From positions 309,852 to 373,851 of the forward strand of contig JBMOMC010000043.1 of assembly GCA_049325335.1 (NCBI GenBank): a stretch of 64,000 nucleotides of DNA, read 5' to 3'. The notes under the pieces were generated by a model. That model worked only from the letters and a program-made list of their open reading frames with translations, did no database searches and was not told the origin of the DNA. Source of the DNA: Nitrospirota bacterium. Its GTDB lineage: Bacteria > Nitrospirota > Nitrospiria > 2-01-FULL-66-17. Positions 12,301 through 22,515 of the stretch are shown in pieces; within the stretch, counting starts at the first letter, position 1, and each line of letters starts with the position of its first letter. Made by a program: the position numbers and the translations under genes.

Positions 12301-13172
12301 TGTTTACTGGCTCATACGTCGCGCTGGTCACGCCGTTCAAGAACGGCAAAGTTGATGAGCGGGCGTTCGGCGATCTGATCGAGTGGCAGATCGAACGCGG
12401 CACCAACGGCTTGGTGCCGTGCGGCAGTACGGGCGAGTCCGCCACGCTCACGCATGAAGAGCACGATCGCGTGATCGAACTCACGGTCGAAGTCGCGCGC
12501 CGGCGCGTGCCCGTGATCGCGGGAACCGGCTCGAACGCGACGCACGAGGCGATTCGCCTCACCAAACACGCCAAGTCCGTGGGCGTGGACGCCGCCTTGT
12601 TGGTCACGCCGTACTACAACAAACCCACGCAGGAAGGCCTGTTCCAGCATTTTGAATCCATTGCGCGCGCGGTGGACCTCCCGTTGGTGTTGTACAACAT
12701 TCCGGGTCGGTCCGTGGTCAACATGACCCCGCAGACCGTGGCCCGGTTGAGCGCCATCACCAATATCGTGGGCATCAAGGAAGCCTCCGGGAACCTATCG
12801 CAGATGAGCGATGTGATCGCCGCCTGCGGGGAGCGGTTCGTCGTGCTCTCCGGCGACGACGCCTTGACTCTGCCGTTGATGGCGGTGGGCGGAAAGGGCG
12901 TGATCTCGGTGACCGCCAACGTGGCGCCGGCCGAAACCTCGGACATGGTCAGCGCCGCGCTCAAGGGCGACTGGGACCGCGCCAAGCGGATGCACTACCG
13001 GCTGCTCCCGTTGTCCAACTCGATGTTCCTCGAGACGAACCCGATTCCGGTCAAATCTGCATTGGCCCTCATGGGGCGGTGCGCGGACGAACTCCGGTTG
13101 CCCCTCACCACGATGTCCGATGGACCGAAGGCGCAACTGCGTCAGACCCTCAGCCAGTTCGGTTTGATCTAG
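12300..13172 (+). CDS. dapA: 4-hydroxy-tetrahydrodipicolinate synthase
   Basis: GSTGES, PYYNKP, LYNIPGR, GIKEASG. Confidence 0.97.
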   Translation: MFTGSYVALVTPFKNGKVDERAFGDLIEWQIERGTNGLVPCGSTGESATLTHEEHDRVIELTVEVARRRVPVIAGTGSNATHEAIRLTKHAKSVGVDAALLVTPYYNKPTQEGLFQHFESIARAVDLPLVLYNIPGRSVVNMTPQTVARLSAITNIVGIKEASGNLSQMSDVIAACGERFVVLSGDDALTLPLMAVGGKGVISVTANVAPAETSDMVSAALKGDWDRAKRMHYRLLPLSNSMFLETNPIPVKSALALMGRCADELRLPLTTMSDGPKAQLRQTLSQFGLI

Positions 13173-13180
13173 CTGTACCC

Positions 13181-14005
13181 GTGTCCAAGTCCGCCGAGAA
13201 GCCGACCCGCCTCATCATCATGGGGGCCGGGGGCAAGATGGGCCAACGTCTCGTCGCGCTCGCGACGGAAACCTCCGGTCTGGCGCTTGGCGCGGCCGTT
13301 GAGCAAGCGGGCCACCAATCCATTGGTCGCGACGCGGGAGAGACCGCGGGGGTGGGACGCCTTGGGGTCGTGATCAGCGATGACGTGACGCGTGCGTTAT
13401 CGGACGGCGAGGTAGTGATCGACTTTACCGCGCCGGTTGCGACCGACGCATTGGTGCCGTTGGCGGTTGCGCACCGGCGGCCGTTGGTGATCGGAACCAC
13501 CGGGATATCTCCCGATGGCTTGCGCGCGATCCGAGACGCCGCAACCAAATTGCCGATCGTGTTCGCGCCCAACATGAGCCTCGGCATGAACGTCATGTTC
13601 AAGATCGTGGCCGACGTGGCGCGCGCGCTCGGGCCCGGGTACGACCTGGAGATCGTCGAAGCCCACCATCGCCTCAAAAAAGACGCGCCCAGCGGCACCG
13701 CGCTACGGTTGGCCGAGGTGTTGGCCGAAGCGACCAAGCGGCGCCTTGACGAGGTCGGCGTGTACGCGCGCCACGGCCAGATCGGCGCGCGTACGCCCAA
13801 CGAGATCGGCATCCAGACCGTGCGCGCGGGTGACATCGTGGGCGATCACACCGTGTTGTTCGGCGGACTGGGCGAACGACTGGAAGTGACCCACCGCGCC
13901 TCCAGCCGCGACACGTTCGCGCGCGGCGCCATCCGCGCGGCGCAATGGTTGGCAGGAAAGCCGAACGGGCTCTACGACATGCAGGATGTGCTGGGCCTTC
14001 GCTGA
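13181..14005 (+). CDS. dapB: 4-hydroxy-tetrahydrodipicolinate reductase
   Basis: GAGGKMG, GTTG, EAHHRLKKDAPSGTA. Confidence 0.96.
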   Translation: MSKSAEKPTRLIIMGAGGKMGQRLVALATETSGLALGAAVEQAGHQSIGRDAGETAGVGRLGVVISDDVTRALSDGEVVIDFTAPVATDALVPLAVAHRRPLVIGTTGISPDGLRAIRDAATKLPIVFAPNMSLGMNVMFKIVADVARALGPGYDLEIVEAHHRLKKDAPSGTALRLAEVLAEATKRRLDEVGVYARHGQIGARTPNEIGIQTVRAGDIVGDHTVLFGGLGERLEVTHRASSRDTFARGAIRAAQWLAGKPNGLYDMQDVLGLR

Positions 14006-14126
14006 GCCTGCTCATCAGGGGCCGTCTGCGGCGTTGCCGCTGCGCATCCGCTGCTCACGTACGACCCAGTACGCTGCGCTGCGGGTGCTCGCGTCGCCTT
14101 GCATCCGGCCCTCTGCTGCGCAGACT
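14005..14126 (+). repeat. ~120-nt structured dispersed repeat, copy 2
   Basis: Same core as copy 1; different but complementary outer stems. Confidence 0.9.
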
Positions 14127-14266
14127 GACGGCGCGGACACATCCGCGCCGGGAATACAGCCTTCCGTCGTCTCGATAGTTTCCACTTTGAGTAGCGAAGA
14201 GAAGAGGGATTCTTATCTTGCCTTTGACGACGCTCACGCTCAACCCAACCCTGCGAGGGTAATCTT

Positions 14267-15028
14267 ATGGACTTGATCGCCGATCCCAACGCCTGGCTTG
14301 CGCTGATCACGCTGACCGCGCTTGAAATCGTCCTGGGCATAGACAACATCATCTTCATCTCGATTTTGGCCGGCAAATTGCCGGCCGAGCAGCGCGCGAG
14401 GGCTCGGACGATCGGCCTGGCCTTTGCGATGGGCACCCGCCTCGCGCTCCTGGCCTCGCTGGTGTGGATGATGCGCCTGACGGCGCCGTGGTTCACGGTG
14501 CTCGGGAACGAGATTTCCGGTCGGGACGTCATTCTGATCCTTGGCGGCCTGTTCCTGCTTGCTAAGAGCACGATGGAGATTCACGACAAACTGGAAGGGG
14601 AAGAGGAGTCTTCGAGCGGCCGCGCGGCCGCGACGTTCGCGAGCGTGATCGTTCAGATCGCGATCTTGGACATCGTGTTTTCCTTGGATTCGATCATCAC
14701 CGCGATCGGCATGGCGAATGAGTTGGCGGTCATGGTCGCGGCGGTCATTATCGCCGTCATCTTCATGATGTTTTTCGCCGGCGCGGTCAGCGCGTTTATC
14801 GACCGGCACCCCACGGTCAAGATGCTCGCGCTGAGTTTTCTGTTGATGATCGGCCTGGCGTTGATCGGCGACGGCTTGGACATGCACATCCCGAAGGGCT
14901 ACATCTACTTCGCGATGGCGTTTTCGGTCTTCGTGGAGTTGCTCAATATTCGCATTCGGCGCCGAGTGAAGCCAGTGCATCTGCGCGGCCCCCACGCGCC
15001 GTCGGAACGATCAGGCGTCGAACAATGA
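14267..15028 (+). CDS. TerC-family integral membrane protein
   Basis: LEIVLGIDN and DIVFSLDSIITA motifs. Confidence 0.92.
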   Translation: MDLIADPNAWLALITLTALEIVLGIDNIIFISILAGKLPAEQRARARTIGLAFAMGTRLALLASLVWMMRLTAPWFTVLGNEISGRDVILILGGLFLLAKSTMEIHDKLEGEEESSSGRAAATFASVIVQIAILDIVFSLDSIITAIGMANELAVMVAAVIIAVIFMMFFAGAVSAFIDRHPTVKMLALSFLLMIGLALIGDGLDMHIPKGYIYFAMAFSVFVELLNIRIRRRVKPVHLRGPHAPSERSGVEQ

Positions 15029-16081
15029 CGCTTGCGCGGTCGGGCGGCGGAACGCGGCGGTGGAGAGGTCGGGCCAGTCGGTGAGGCCGGTGCGTTTGCA
15101 CGCCATCGAAAACAGGGCGTGGATTTGGTCCGCGAACGGGCCATGGCCGGCCATGCGCGAGCCGAAGTTGGGGTCGTTGAGTGATCCGCCGCGTAGATCG
15201 CGGATGCGGTGCAGCACCTTGTCCTTCATCCCTGGTCGGTGCTGGTCCAGCCAGGCTTCGAAGAGCGGCGCCACGCCGTAGGGAAGGCGCAAAGGCACCA
15301 GGCCGGCGAAGGTCGCGCCCGCGTTGGCTGCGGCCTGGATGATCTTCGGGATCTCCGCGTCGTTGAGTCCCGGAATCACGGGGGCGACGTTCACGCCCGC
15401 GGGAACGCCGGCTTGCGCCAAGGCCGCGATCGCGGCCAAGCGTTTTGTCGGGCGCGACGTACGTGGCTCCAATGCGCCGCACAGGTCGGGGTCCAACGTG
15501 GTGATCGACACGACCACGGCGACGGCATGGTGCTCGGCCAATCGCGACAACACGTCCACATCGCGCGTCACCAACGCGTTTTTGGTGATGATCACCACCG
15601 GGTTGCGGAACTCCGCGAGTACTTCCAGGCACTGCCGGGTCAGGCGCAGTTTACGCTCGATGGGTTGGTAGCAGTCCGTGACCCCGCTCATGGCAATGAG
15701 TCGCGGGATCCAGCTCCGTTTGGACAATTCACGCCGCAACAATTCCGGCGCGTCGTGCTTGACCATGATCTTGGTTTCGAAATCGAGGCCCGCGGAGAAT
15801 CCCAAGTACTCATGGGTAGGGCGGGCGTAGCAGTACGCGCAGCCGTGCTCGCACCCCCGATAGGGATTGACGCCGGCGTCGAACCCGACGTCCGGGCTGT
15901 TGTTCCGGGCGATGATCGTTTTTGACGCGTCGGGCAGGAACTGGGTGACGGGCAGCGGTTGCTCGGCGTCCGCCGCGTCGATCGGTTCAGGCACGCGTTC
16001 CACGCGTTCGAACCGGTTCTTGGGATTCTCCGCCGCGCCGCGGCCGTGGACACCGTGTGGCGTGGGGTGCTGTGGGTCCAT
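15011..16081 (-). CDS. PA0069/Rv2578c-family (spore-photoproduct-lyase-like) radical SAM protein
   Basis: GRGA N-terminus, NPYRGCEHGCAYCYARPTHEYL, TDCYQPIE. Confidence 0.9.
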   Translation of the reverse strand: MDPQHPTPHGVHGRGAAENPKNRFERVERVPEPIDAADAEQPLPVTQFLPDASKTIIARNNSPDVGFDAGVNPYRGCEHGCAYCYARPTHEYLGFSAGLDFETKIMVKHDAPELLRRELSKRSWIPRLIAMSGVTDCYQPIERKLRLTRQCLEVLAEFRNPVVIITKNALVTRDVDVLSRLAEHHAVAVVVSITTLDPDLCGALEPRTSRPTKRLAAIAALAQAGVPAGVNVAPVIPGLNDAEIPKIIQAAANAGATFAGLVPLRLPYGVAPLFEAWLDQHRPGMKDKVLHRIRDLRGGSLNDPNFGSRMAGHGPFADQIHALFSMACKRTGLTDWPDLSTAAFRRPTAQASLFDA

Positions 16082-16082
16082 G

Positions 16083-16439
16083 TTACCTCCCCCAGGTCTT
16101 TTGAAATTCCTCGGGCGAAAATCCCACGGTCACGTGCGTGCCGTCCGTTACGATCGGGCGTTTGATCAGCCGGCCTTCGGCGGCGAGGAGTTTGATCACG
16201 GCATCTTCCGGCAGCGACTTGACCTTCTCTTTCATGTTGAGCGCGCGGTACTGTAGGCCGCTGCGATTCAAAAAATCGGTGTAGGGGCGTCCGCTCTTCG
16301 CGATCATCCTCTGCAATTCATCGGGCGACGGCGGCGACGAGGTGACATCGATGTCTTTGAGCTGCCGTCCTGCTTTGGCGAGAAATTTCTTGGCGTTCAC
16401 GCACGTGCTGCACTTGGCATAGCCATAGAACGTCAACAT
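16083..16439 (-). CDS. ArsC/Spx/MgsR-family protein
   Basis: YAKCSTCVNAKKFL...LIKRPI. Confidence 0.9.
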   Translation of the reverse strand: MLTFYGYAKCSTCVNAKKFLAKAGRQLKDIDVTSSPPSPDELQRMIAKSGRPYTDFLNRSGLQYRALNMKEKVKSLPEDAVIKLLAAEGRLIKRPIVTDGTHVTVGFSPEEFQKTWGR

Positions 16440-16595
16440 GGAAACGCTCCGGGAAGGAACGAATGCTACCAAGGAGCCGGTGATCGATGCAACGCGCGGC
16501 CGTACGCGGACGGGGAATCTCACGCGATGTCGGGTTGGCAAATCAAGTTGCGCTCGGTATACTCCTGAGCACTTTCCCCAACCGGGGTGCCCAAG

Positions 16596-17036
16596 ATGTT
16601 TCCTCCATTCGTCATCTGGTTGAGTCTCGGCGTCGGTCTGCTCATCGTGGAAGTGGTGACCGGCGGATTTTGGATCGGGTTTTTCGGCGTGGGCGGTCTG
16701 GTCACGGCACTGGTGCTCTGGACCGAGGTCATTGCCGGATTGAACGCGCAGATCGCGGTCTTCCTGCTCGCGTCGGTTCTCCCATTGGTCGTGCTTCGCA
16801 AGCCCCTCAAGGCGTGGCTGGATCGGGACGCTCAGGCCAACCGAATCAACGATGCCGCGGGCCAGCTCGCGGTCGTGGTGCAGGACATCGTCCCGCCCGG
16901 AATGGGACGGGTGGAGTATCAGGGCAGCACGTGGGAGGCGGAGTCGGCCGCTGGTGAGCGCTTGGCCGCCACCACGCGGGTCCAAATCGTTCGGCAGGAC
17001 GGCACGCGCCTGTCGGTGCGCGCCCTCTCAAGGTAA
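16596..17036 (+). CDS. NfeD-family membrane protein
   Basis: N-terminal TM segments, GRVEYQGSTWEA OB-fold; directly precedes an SPFH gene. Confidence 0.88.
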   Translation: MFPPFVIWLSLGVGLLIVEVVTGGFWIGFFGVGGLVTALVLWTEVIAGLNAQIAVFLLASVLPLVVLRKPLKAWLDRDAQANRINDAAGQLAVVVQDIVPPGMGRVEYQGSTWEAESAAGERLAATTRVQIVRQDGTRLSVRALSR

Positions 17037-17049
17037 CCAGGAGGACGAC

Positions 17050-17997
17050 ATGCTGGAATGGTTCATCAGCCCGGCCTGGATGGCGCTGATCGCGTTGGCG
17101 ATCATTCTCTATGCGATGGCCATACGCATCGTGCCCCAGCAGACCGTCTTCATCGTGGAACGTCTGGGCCGATTCCACGCCACGCTCACGGCGGGCTTGA
17201 CCGTCATCATCCCGTTTATCGACCGCATTCAGTACAAACATACGCTGAAAGAACAGGCCATCGACATCCCGGAGCAGATTTGTATCACCAAGGACAATGT
17301 CCAGGTCGGCGTGGACGGGGTGTTGTTCCTGCGGGTGGTGGATGCTCAGCGCGCGTCCTATGGGATCGGGAGTTATCTGTTCGCGATCACCCAACTGGCG
17401 CAAACCACGTTGCGCAGCGAGGTCGGCAAGATCACGCTCGACCGCACGTTCGAGGAGCGCAGCAACATCAATCTACTGGTGGTGAGCGAGTTGGACAAGG
17501 CCACCGAATCGTGGGGGGTGAAGGTCCTCCGTTACGAGATCAAGAACATTACCCCGCCGAAGGACGTGTTGGGCGCGATGGAAAAACAGATGCGCGCGGA
17601 GCGGGAGAAGCGAGCCGTCATCCTCGCGTCCGAGGGCGAGCGCGACGCCAAAATCAACCGCGCCGAGGGCGCCAAGCAGGAAGTGATCAAACAGTCCGAA
17701 GCGGCGAGGCAACAACAGATCAACGTGGCGCAAGGGCAGGCCGAGGCGATCCGCGAGGTCGCGACCGCCACGGCGCAGGCGATCCGTCAGGTAGCCGAGG
17801 CGATCGGCGCGCCCGGCGGGATTGAGGCGATCAACCTTCGGGTGGCCGAGCAATGGGTGGCCCAATTCGGCGAGGTCGCCAAACAAACCAACACGCTGAT
17901 CCTGCCCGCGAACCTAGGTGACATGGCCTCACTCGTGGCCATGGCGATGACCACGATCAAGTCCACGCAGCCTAAGGCGTCGTCGCCGGCCTCCTAA
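17050..17997 (+). CDS. SPFH/stomatin-like (QmcA/paraslipin) protein
   Basis: VERLGRF, ITKDNV, QMRAEREKRA. Confidence 0.93.
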   Translation: MLEWFISPAWMALIALAIILYAMAIRIVPQQTVFIVERLGRFHATLTAGLTVIIPFIDRIQYKHTLKEQAIDIPEQICITKDNVQVGVDGVLFLRVVDAQRASYGIGSYLFAITQLAQTTLRSEVGKITLDRTFEERSNINLLVVSELDKATESWGVKVLRYEIKNITPPKDVLGAMEKQMRAEREKRAVILASEGERDAKINRAEGAKQEVIKQSEAARQQQINVAQGQAEAIREVATATAQAIRQVAEAIGAPGGIEAINLRVAEQWVAQFGEVAKQTNTLILPANLGDMASLVAMAMTTIKSTQPKASSPAS

Positions 17998-18022
17998 CGT
18001 TCCCAGCGAGCAGGAGGCCGGA

Positions 18023-19441
18023 CTACTGACCGACGCGCTGCTCCGTCTCGGTCAGCGCCTGGTGTGGTCCCGCGAGTTCGGCGCCGGCGGTCTTCGGCAG
18101 CTTCACGAACGAGATGACCGACAGTACCGAGACCAGGCTGACCACGAAGAACGCGATCCGAAAGTCCTGGACGAGCAGATCCGGCCCTCCGCGGATCGCG
18201 TGGGCGCCCTGCAGCGCGTAGGCGCCGACCATGACGCCCAGACTCATCGACAATTGCTGCCCCACGCTCATGAGGCTGGTGGCTTGACTCATCTCGCGCT
18301 GCGATACCTCCGCGAAGCAAATCGCGTTCAAGCCCGTGAACTGCAGCGACCGTAGGCAGCCGCCGATCAACAGTACGGCCAGGATCACCGCGTGCGGCGT
18401 TTCGACCGTGAACAACCCGCAGACGGATAGGACGATGGACGCCGCGACCGCGTTCACGCTCAACACGGTGCGAAAGCCCCAGCGGCCCAGGATCGCGGTG
18501 GTGAGCGTTTTCATGAACAACGCGCCCACCGCGGCTGCGAACGTCAACAGCCCGGACTGCAGGGGCGTCAACCCGAACGCAATTTGCAGCATCATGGGCA
18601 GCAGGAACGGGGTCGCACCCTGGCCCGCTCGAAACACCGCCCCGCCGATGACGCCGGCTCGAAACGTCGCGAGCCGAAACAGGCGAAGATCGAGCAACGG
18701 ATGCTCGGTCCGACGGGCGTGCCAGCTATAGGCGGTGAGGGCAACGACTCCGATTGCGACGCAGAACGCCGATGCGCGGGGTGAGAGCATATGCTCCCAG
18801 AGCGTGGCGAGCCCCAGCATGGCCGCGGAGAGTCCGATGCCCGACAGCACGAATCCCACGAGGTCGAACGGGGGGTGATCGGGTTCGCGAAAATTCGGAA
18901 TGAACCGCAATGCCATCCAGATCCCCAGCACGCAGATCGGAATATTGATCAAAAAGATCCAGCGCCAATGAAAATACGTGGTGATGAACCCGCCGATGGG
19001 CGGACCGATCACGGGCCCGATCAACGCGGGCATGGCCAGATAGTTCAACGCGGGAATCAGCTCGCTTTTAGGAATCGACCGCATCAGCACCAACCGTCCC
19101 ACCGGCACCATCATGGCCCCGCCGACCCCTTGCAGAAATCGCGACGCCACGAACGCTTCCAGCGAACTGCTCACGGCGCATGCGATCGAACCGAGCATGA
19201 ACACGCCGACCGCCGACGCAAACGTGGTCTGCGCGCCCACGCGGTCCGCCACCCATCCGCTGATCGGAATGAACACCGCGAGGCCCAGAAGATATGACGT
19301 CAGCGCGAGCTTGAGCGCGATGGGATCAACGTGCAGATCGCCCGCGATCGCGGGCAATGCCGTCGCGATGACCGTACTGTCCATATTTTCGATGAACAGC
19401 CCGCAGGCGACGATCAGCGGGAGACGGAGGGAGCTGCGCAT
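18023..19441 (-). CDS. MFS drug:H+ antiporter (DHA2-like)
   Basis: MDSTVIATALP, GWVADRVG, RFLQGVGGA; many TM segments. Confidence 0.92.
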   Translation of the reverse strand: MRSSLRLPLIVACGLFIENMDSTVIATALPAIAGDLHVDPIALKLALTSYLLGLAVFIPISGWVADRVGAQTTFASAVGVFMLGSIACAVSSSLEAFVASRFLQGVGGAMMVPVGRLVLMRSIPKSELIPALNYLAMPALIGPVIGPPIGGFITTYFHWRWIFLINIPICVLGIWMALRFIPNFREPDHPPFDLVGFVLSGIGLSAAMLGLATLWEHMLSPRASAFCVAIGVVALTAYSWHARRTEHPLLDLRLFRLATFRAGVIGGAVFRAGQGATPFLLPMMLQIAFGLTPLQSGLLTFAAAVGALFMKTLTTAILGRWGFRTVLSVNAVAASIVLSVCGLFTVETPHAVILAVLLIGGCLRSLQFTGLNAICFAEVSQREMSQATSLMSVGQQLSMSLGVMVGAYALQGAHAIRGGPDLLVQDFRIAFFVVSLVSVLSVISFVKLPKTAGAELAGPHQALTETEQRVGQ

Positions 19442-19530
19442 GGGGGATGTTCGGTGTGGATCTATCGAGACGACAGATGTTAGCCGCGACCGCACCGAGC
19501 GGCAGAATTTACGTCGTTACGTGCGAACGA

Positions 19531-20076
19531 TCAGGCTCCCTGGGTAAAGAGGTTTCGAAGATCCTGTGCGAGTCCTACGGTGGCGGCCAATCGAGCCAGG
19601 TCCTCAATCTGGTGAGGCTTCGGCTGCCGGACCGTGAGTATCGCCCGTGCGTCGGTCATGTCTTGGGGGCCACCCGCATATAACTTGAGCAGGACGAGGG
19701 CTTGCCACGATACAACCGGGACGGGCGAATCGAATACCGTGGCCGGTTGAACATGATTCAGTACAAGGTCGGTCCATCGTGGCGGGAGGACGACCAGTTG
19801 AACGGGAACGGAGTCGCCTCCGCTTTTGATTGAAAGTGAAAAAACCCCCGGAAGAGGATCGTCGGGGCCTCCGGAACGGAATCGGGCACCGAGTGCCTGG
19901 GCGAGCTTTGTGTTGTCGCCGGTAGCGGCCACGGCAAAGTCGATGTCGTGGGTTGCCCGCGGTGAACCCCATGCTCCGGTTGCGAGTCCTCCGATCAGCG
20001 CATAGGCGCGGAGCAAGCCATAGGTCTTGGCCTGTTCAAGTCGGCGAACGATTTCCTCTAGGGCTTGTCGGAACAC
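19531..20076 (-). CDS. Nucleotidyltransferase (DUF6036/AbiEii-like), putative toxin
   Basis: YALIGGLA...PRATHDIDF...LLKLYAGGPQDMTD. Confidence 0.8.
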   Translation of the reverse strand: MFRQALEEIVRRLEQAKTYGLLRAYALIGGLATGAWGSPRATHDIDFAVAATGDNTKLAQALGARFRSGGPDDPLPGVFSLSIKSGGDSVPVQLVVLPPRWTDLVLNHVQPATVFDSPVPVVSWQALVLLKLYAGGPQDMTDARAILTVRQPKPHQIEDLARLAATVGLAQDLRNLFTQGA

Positions 20077-20240
20077 GCGCGTTTGAGCAGGAGGCAGACG
20101 TCGGAGAGTTCGAGCGAGAGCAGGAGGCGTTGTTCCAGTGTCATCGACCGCGCACGTTCGATCTTTGCGCGCGCCATCTCGTCACCCAACTTGCTGGCGC
20201 GGCGGCCGGTGAGCGGGGATCTGGGGAAGTCGTCGGACAT
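20058..20240 (-). CDS. Small putative antitoxin partner (60 aa)
   Basis: RSMTLEQRL motif; overlaps the NTase start; TTGAAT-17-TAGAAT promoter ends 6 nt before the ATG. Confidence 0.65.
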   Translation of the reverse strand: MSDDFPRSPLTGRRASKLGDEMARAKIERARSMTLEQRLLLSLELSDVCLLLKRACSDKP

Positions 20241-20351
20241 GGTCGGATTCTATCCCAGGCAGAATCGGCATTCAATCATCGAATCAGAAGTGGCGTTCGT
20301 CGCGGTGCCTTCCAGGTTTGATTCGGGCTTCCGGCCTGGTATGATGCTCGC

Positions 20352-20656
20352 GTGACCGTGAAGAAGCGAAAACGGAAGCCACCCACCAAAGGGTCGGGCC
20401 GAGGGAGTGGGGCGTCGATGAGCAAGCAGGACGCGCGGGCGTTCGTGCGTCGGTGGGCCTTGGTGAATGCGCGGGAGATCGAGGAGCTGCGGGCCACGCC
20501 GCCCGATCAGAAGCTCCGGCAGGTGGCCGTGCTCATGGCATCGGTTCGTTGGACATGAAACGCATCCGACATTGGGTGAAGGAATTCGCCGCGGTCTTGG
20601 AGCGTCCGGAGATGATGACTGATCTTGAACGACTCTTGCGTTCCAATCGCAAGTAA
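20352..20656 (+). pseudogene. Probable internally deleted second small-protein/nucleotidyltransferase module
   Basis: Small-partner-like N-terminus (RWALVNAREIEELRATPPDQKLRQ) abuts, in another frame, LDMKRIRHWVKEFAAVLERPEMMTDLERLL, which resembles an NTase C-terminal tail. Confidence 0.5.
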
Positions 20657-20747
20657 TGCCGCAACCCTCGCATTGCGTCACCTCATCACTTCGCCATACG
20701 AGTAGCCGCCTTTGTCACAGGCGCGGTTCTGTCTCGCGCCGGTTTCG

Positions 20748-20776
20748 TTGACTTCACCCAGGCCCTTTGCTAGCAT
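20748..20776 (+). promoter_or_regulatory. Sigma70-like promoter of pheS (near-leaderless)
   Basis: TTGACT-17 nt-TAGCAT, ending 8 nt before ATG 20785; no SD. Confidence 0.6.
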
Positions 20777-20784
20777 CGCGCCCT

Positions 20785-22356
20785 ATGCTTTCCCCGGAAA
20801 TTCAGGCACTTCTAGATGGGCTTCATCCGCTCGAAGCGCGGGTGTTTCGCGCGTTCGGCGAGCAATCGTCCGCGTCCGAGGCCGCGTTGCGCGAGGGCAG
20901 CGGGATGGCGACGTCGCAGTTGTCTATGGCGCTGGGGTGGTTGCTGACCAAGGGCGCGGTGCGGGTGGAGAGCGAGCGGGTGACGCGGCGCGCGGCCCTC
21001 GCTGAGGCGGGGAAGCGCTATGCGACCAATCTGATCCCTGAAATTCGGATTCTCAATTGGCTGGGCGAAGGTCAGCGCCTGACCGTGGGGGATCTGCGCG
21101 CGAATCGCGGCCTTGAGCCCGACGAGGTCAGCGGCGCGGTGGGCGCGCTCAAGGGCATGGGCGCGATTCGCATCGTGGAAGGCGGGGTGCTGCATGCTGT
21201 GGCCGACGTGGATGTGAGCCATTTGTTGACGCTCCAGCGCGAGATCGAAGGGCTGGAGCATGTGGGCTCGCGGGTGATGAGCGAGCCGCCGACTCCGGCT
21301 GATCAGCTCGTCGAGCAGCATTTCACTAAGCGGGGCAAAGCCAAGGGCATTTTCCGCATCGACGAGGAGACGGAGCGAACGTTCGCGCTGACCGAGGTTG
21401 GCGCTGCGCTCGCCAAGGCCGTACGCGAGCGTGGACTCGGACTCTCTGAAGAAATTTCTCAGCTCACGCCTGACTTACTGAAGGACGGGGCGTGGCGCGG
21501 CAAGGCGTTTCGCAAATACAACATTGGATTGCGGCCCGCGCGCGTGTTCGGGGGGCGCAAACATCCGTATCGCGCGTTTCTCGACGAAGTGAAGACGCGG
21601 CTCGTGTCCATGGGCTTTGAGGAGATGCGCGGACCGCTGGTCGAGAACGAGTTCTGGGACATGGACGCGCTCTTCATGCCCCAGTTTCATCCCGCGCGCG
21701 AGATTCACGACGTGTACTTTGTGCGTGAGCCGCGCGAGTCCACGCCCATTCCGCAACCGTTTGCCGGCAACGTGGCACGGGCGCACGAGAACGGCAAGGG
21801 CACGGGCTCGACGGGCTGGCGGTACCCGTTCGACCCCAGCCGCGCGCGGCGACTGGTGCTGCGCAGCCAGGGCACGGCGGTGTCGGCCAGGACCATGGCG
21901 GCCAAGCCGAAGATCCCCGGCAAGTACTTCTCGGTTGCCCGCTGCTTTCGGTACGACCAGGTCGATGCCACGCATGCCCCGGACTTCTTTCAGGTCGAGG
22001 GCATTGTCTTGGGCGAGGACATGACGTTTCGTACGCTCTTAGGGCTGTTGCGATTGTTCGCAGTGGAAGTCGCGCGAGCGCCCGAGGTGAAGTTCCTGCC
22101 CGCGTACTTTCCGTACACGGAGCCGTCCGTGGAGATGCACGCCAAACACCCGACGTTGGGGTGGATGGAGTTGGGCGGGGCCGGTTTGTTTCGCCCCGAA
22201 GTCACCTTGCCGCTTGGGGTGAAGGTGCCGGTCATTGCCTGGGGGTTGGGGCTGGATCGTATGGCCATGACTGCGTTGGGGTTGTCCGATATCCGAGATC
22301 TCTTCACTCCTGATCTTGAAACGCTGCGCGTGCATCGCGCGACGGTCACTCTGTAG
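20785..22356 (+). CDS. pheS: Phenylalanine-tRNA ligase alpha subunit, archaeal/eukaryote type
   Basis: ~520 aa with long N-terminal extension; FWDMDALFMPQFHPARE, VDATHAPDFFQVEG, YFPYTEPS, WMELGGAGLFRPE, AWGLGLDR. Confidence 0.93.
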   Translation: MLSPEIQALLDGLHPLEARVFRAFGEQSSASEAALREGSGMATSQLSMALGWLLTKGAVRVESERVTRRAALAEAGKRYATNLIPEIRILNWLGEGQRLTVGDLRANRGLEPDEVSGAVGALKGMGAIRIVEGGVLHAVADVDVSHLLTLQREIEGLEHVGSRVMSEPPTPADQLVEQHFTKRGKAKGIFRIDEETERTFALTEVGAALAKAVRERGLGLSEEISQLTPDLLKDGAWRGKAFRKYNIGLRPARVFGGRKHPYRAFLDEVKTRLVSMGFEEMRGPLVENEFWDMDALFMPQFHPAREIHDVYFVREPRESTPIPQPFAGNVARAHENGKGTGSTGWRYPFDPSRARRLVLRSQGTAVSARTMAAKPKIPGKYFSVARCFRYDQVDATHAPDFFQVEGIVLGEDMTFRTLLGLLRLFAVEVARAPEVKFLPAYFPYTEPSVEMHAKHPTLGWMELGGAGLFRPEVTLPLGVKVPVIAWGLGLDRMAMTALGLSDIRDLFTPDLETLRVHRATVTL

Positions 22357-22480
22357 GAGGCTGACGATAAACGACTATCTGCTGCGTTGGCGCTGCGCTT
22401 CCGCTCCTCACGTACGCATACAGTACGCTCCGGTGCGGTTCTCGCGCCGCCTTGCATCTGGCACGTTTCTCGCCCGCCTC
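22357..22480 (+). repeat. ~120-nt structured dispersed repeat, copy 3
   Basis: Same core; begins 1 nt after the pheS stop. Confidence 0.9.
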
Positions 22481-22515
22481 GATTTGCATCGAGCCTAGAA
22501 TTATCTGCTGCTGAC

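Noticed and set aside
14129..14266. Possible yybP-ykoY (Mn) riboswitch upstream of the TerC gene
   Set aside because: GAGTAGC and a 9-bp hairpin (14129-14150) are present, but I could not find the remaining conserved elements; an Rfam scan would decide
20657..20784. T-box or pheM-like attenuator for pheS
   Set aside because: No T-box consensus or Phe-rich leader; the promoter sits directly at the start codon
22387..22515. N-terminal extensions of pheT, lysA, the HD protein (28469) and FGE protein 1 (52300) in the ORF track
   Set aside because: They read through repeat elements or rnpB; the conserved protein sequence begins at downstream starts
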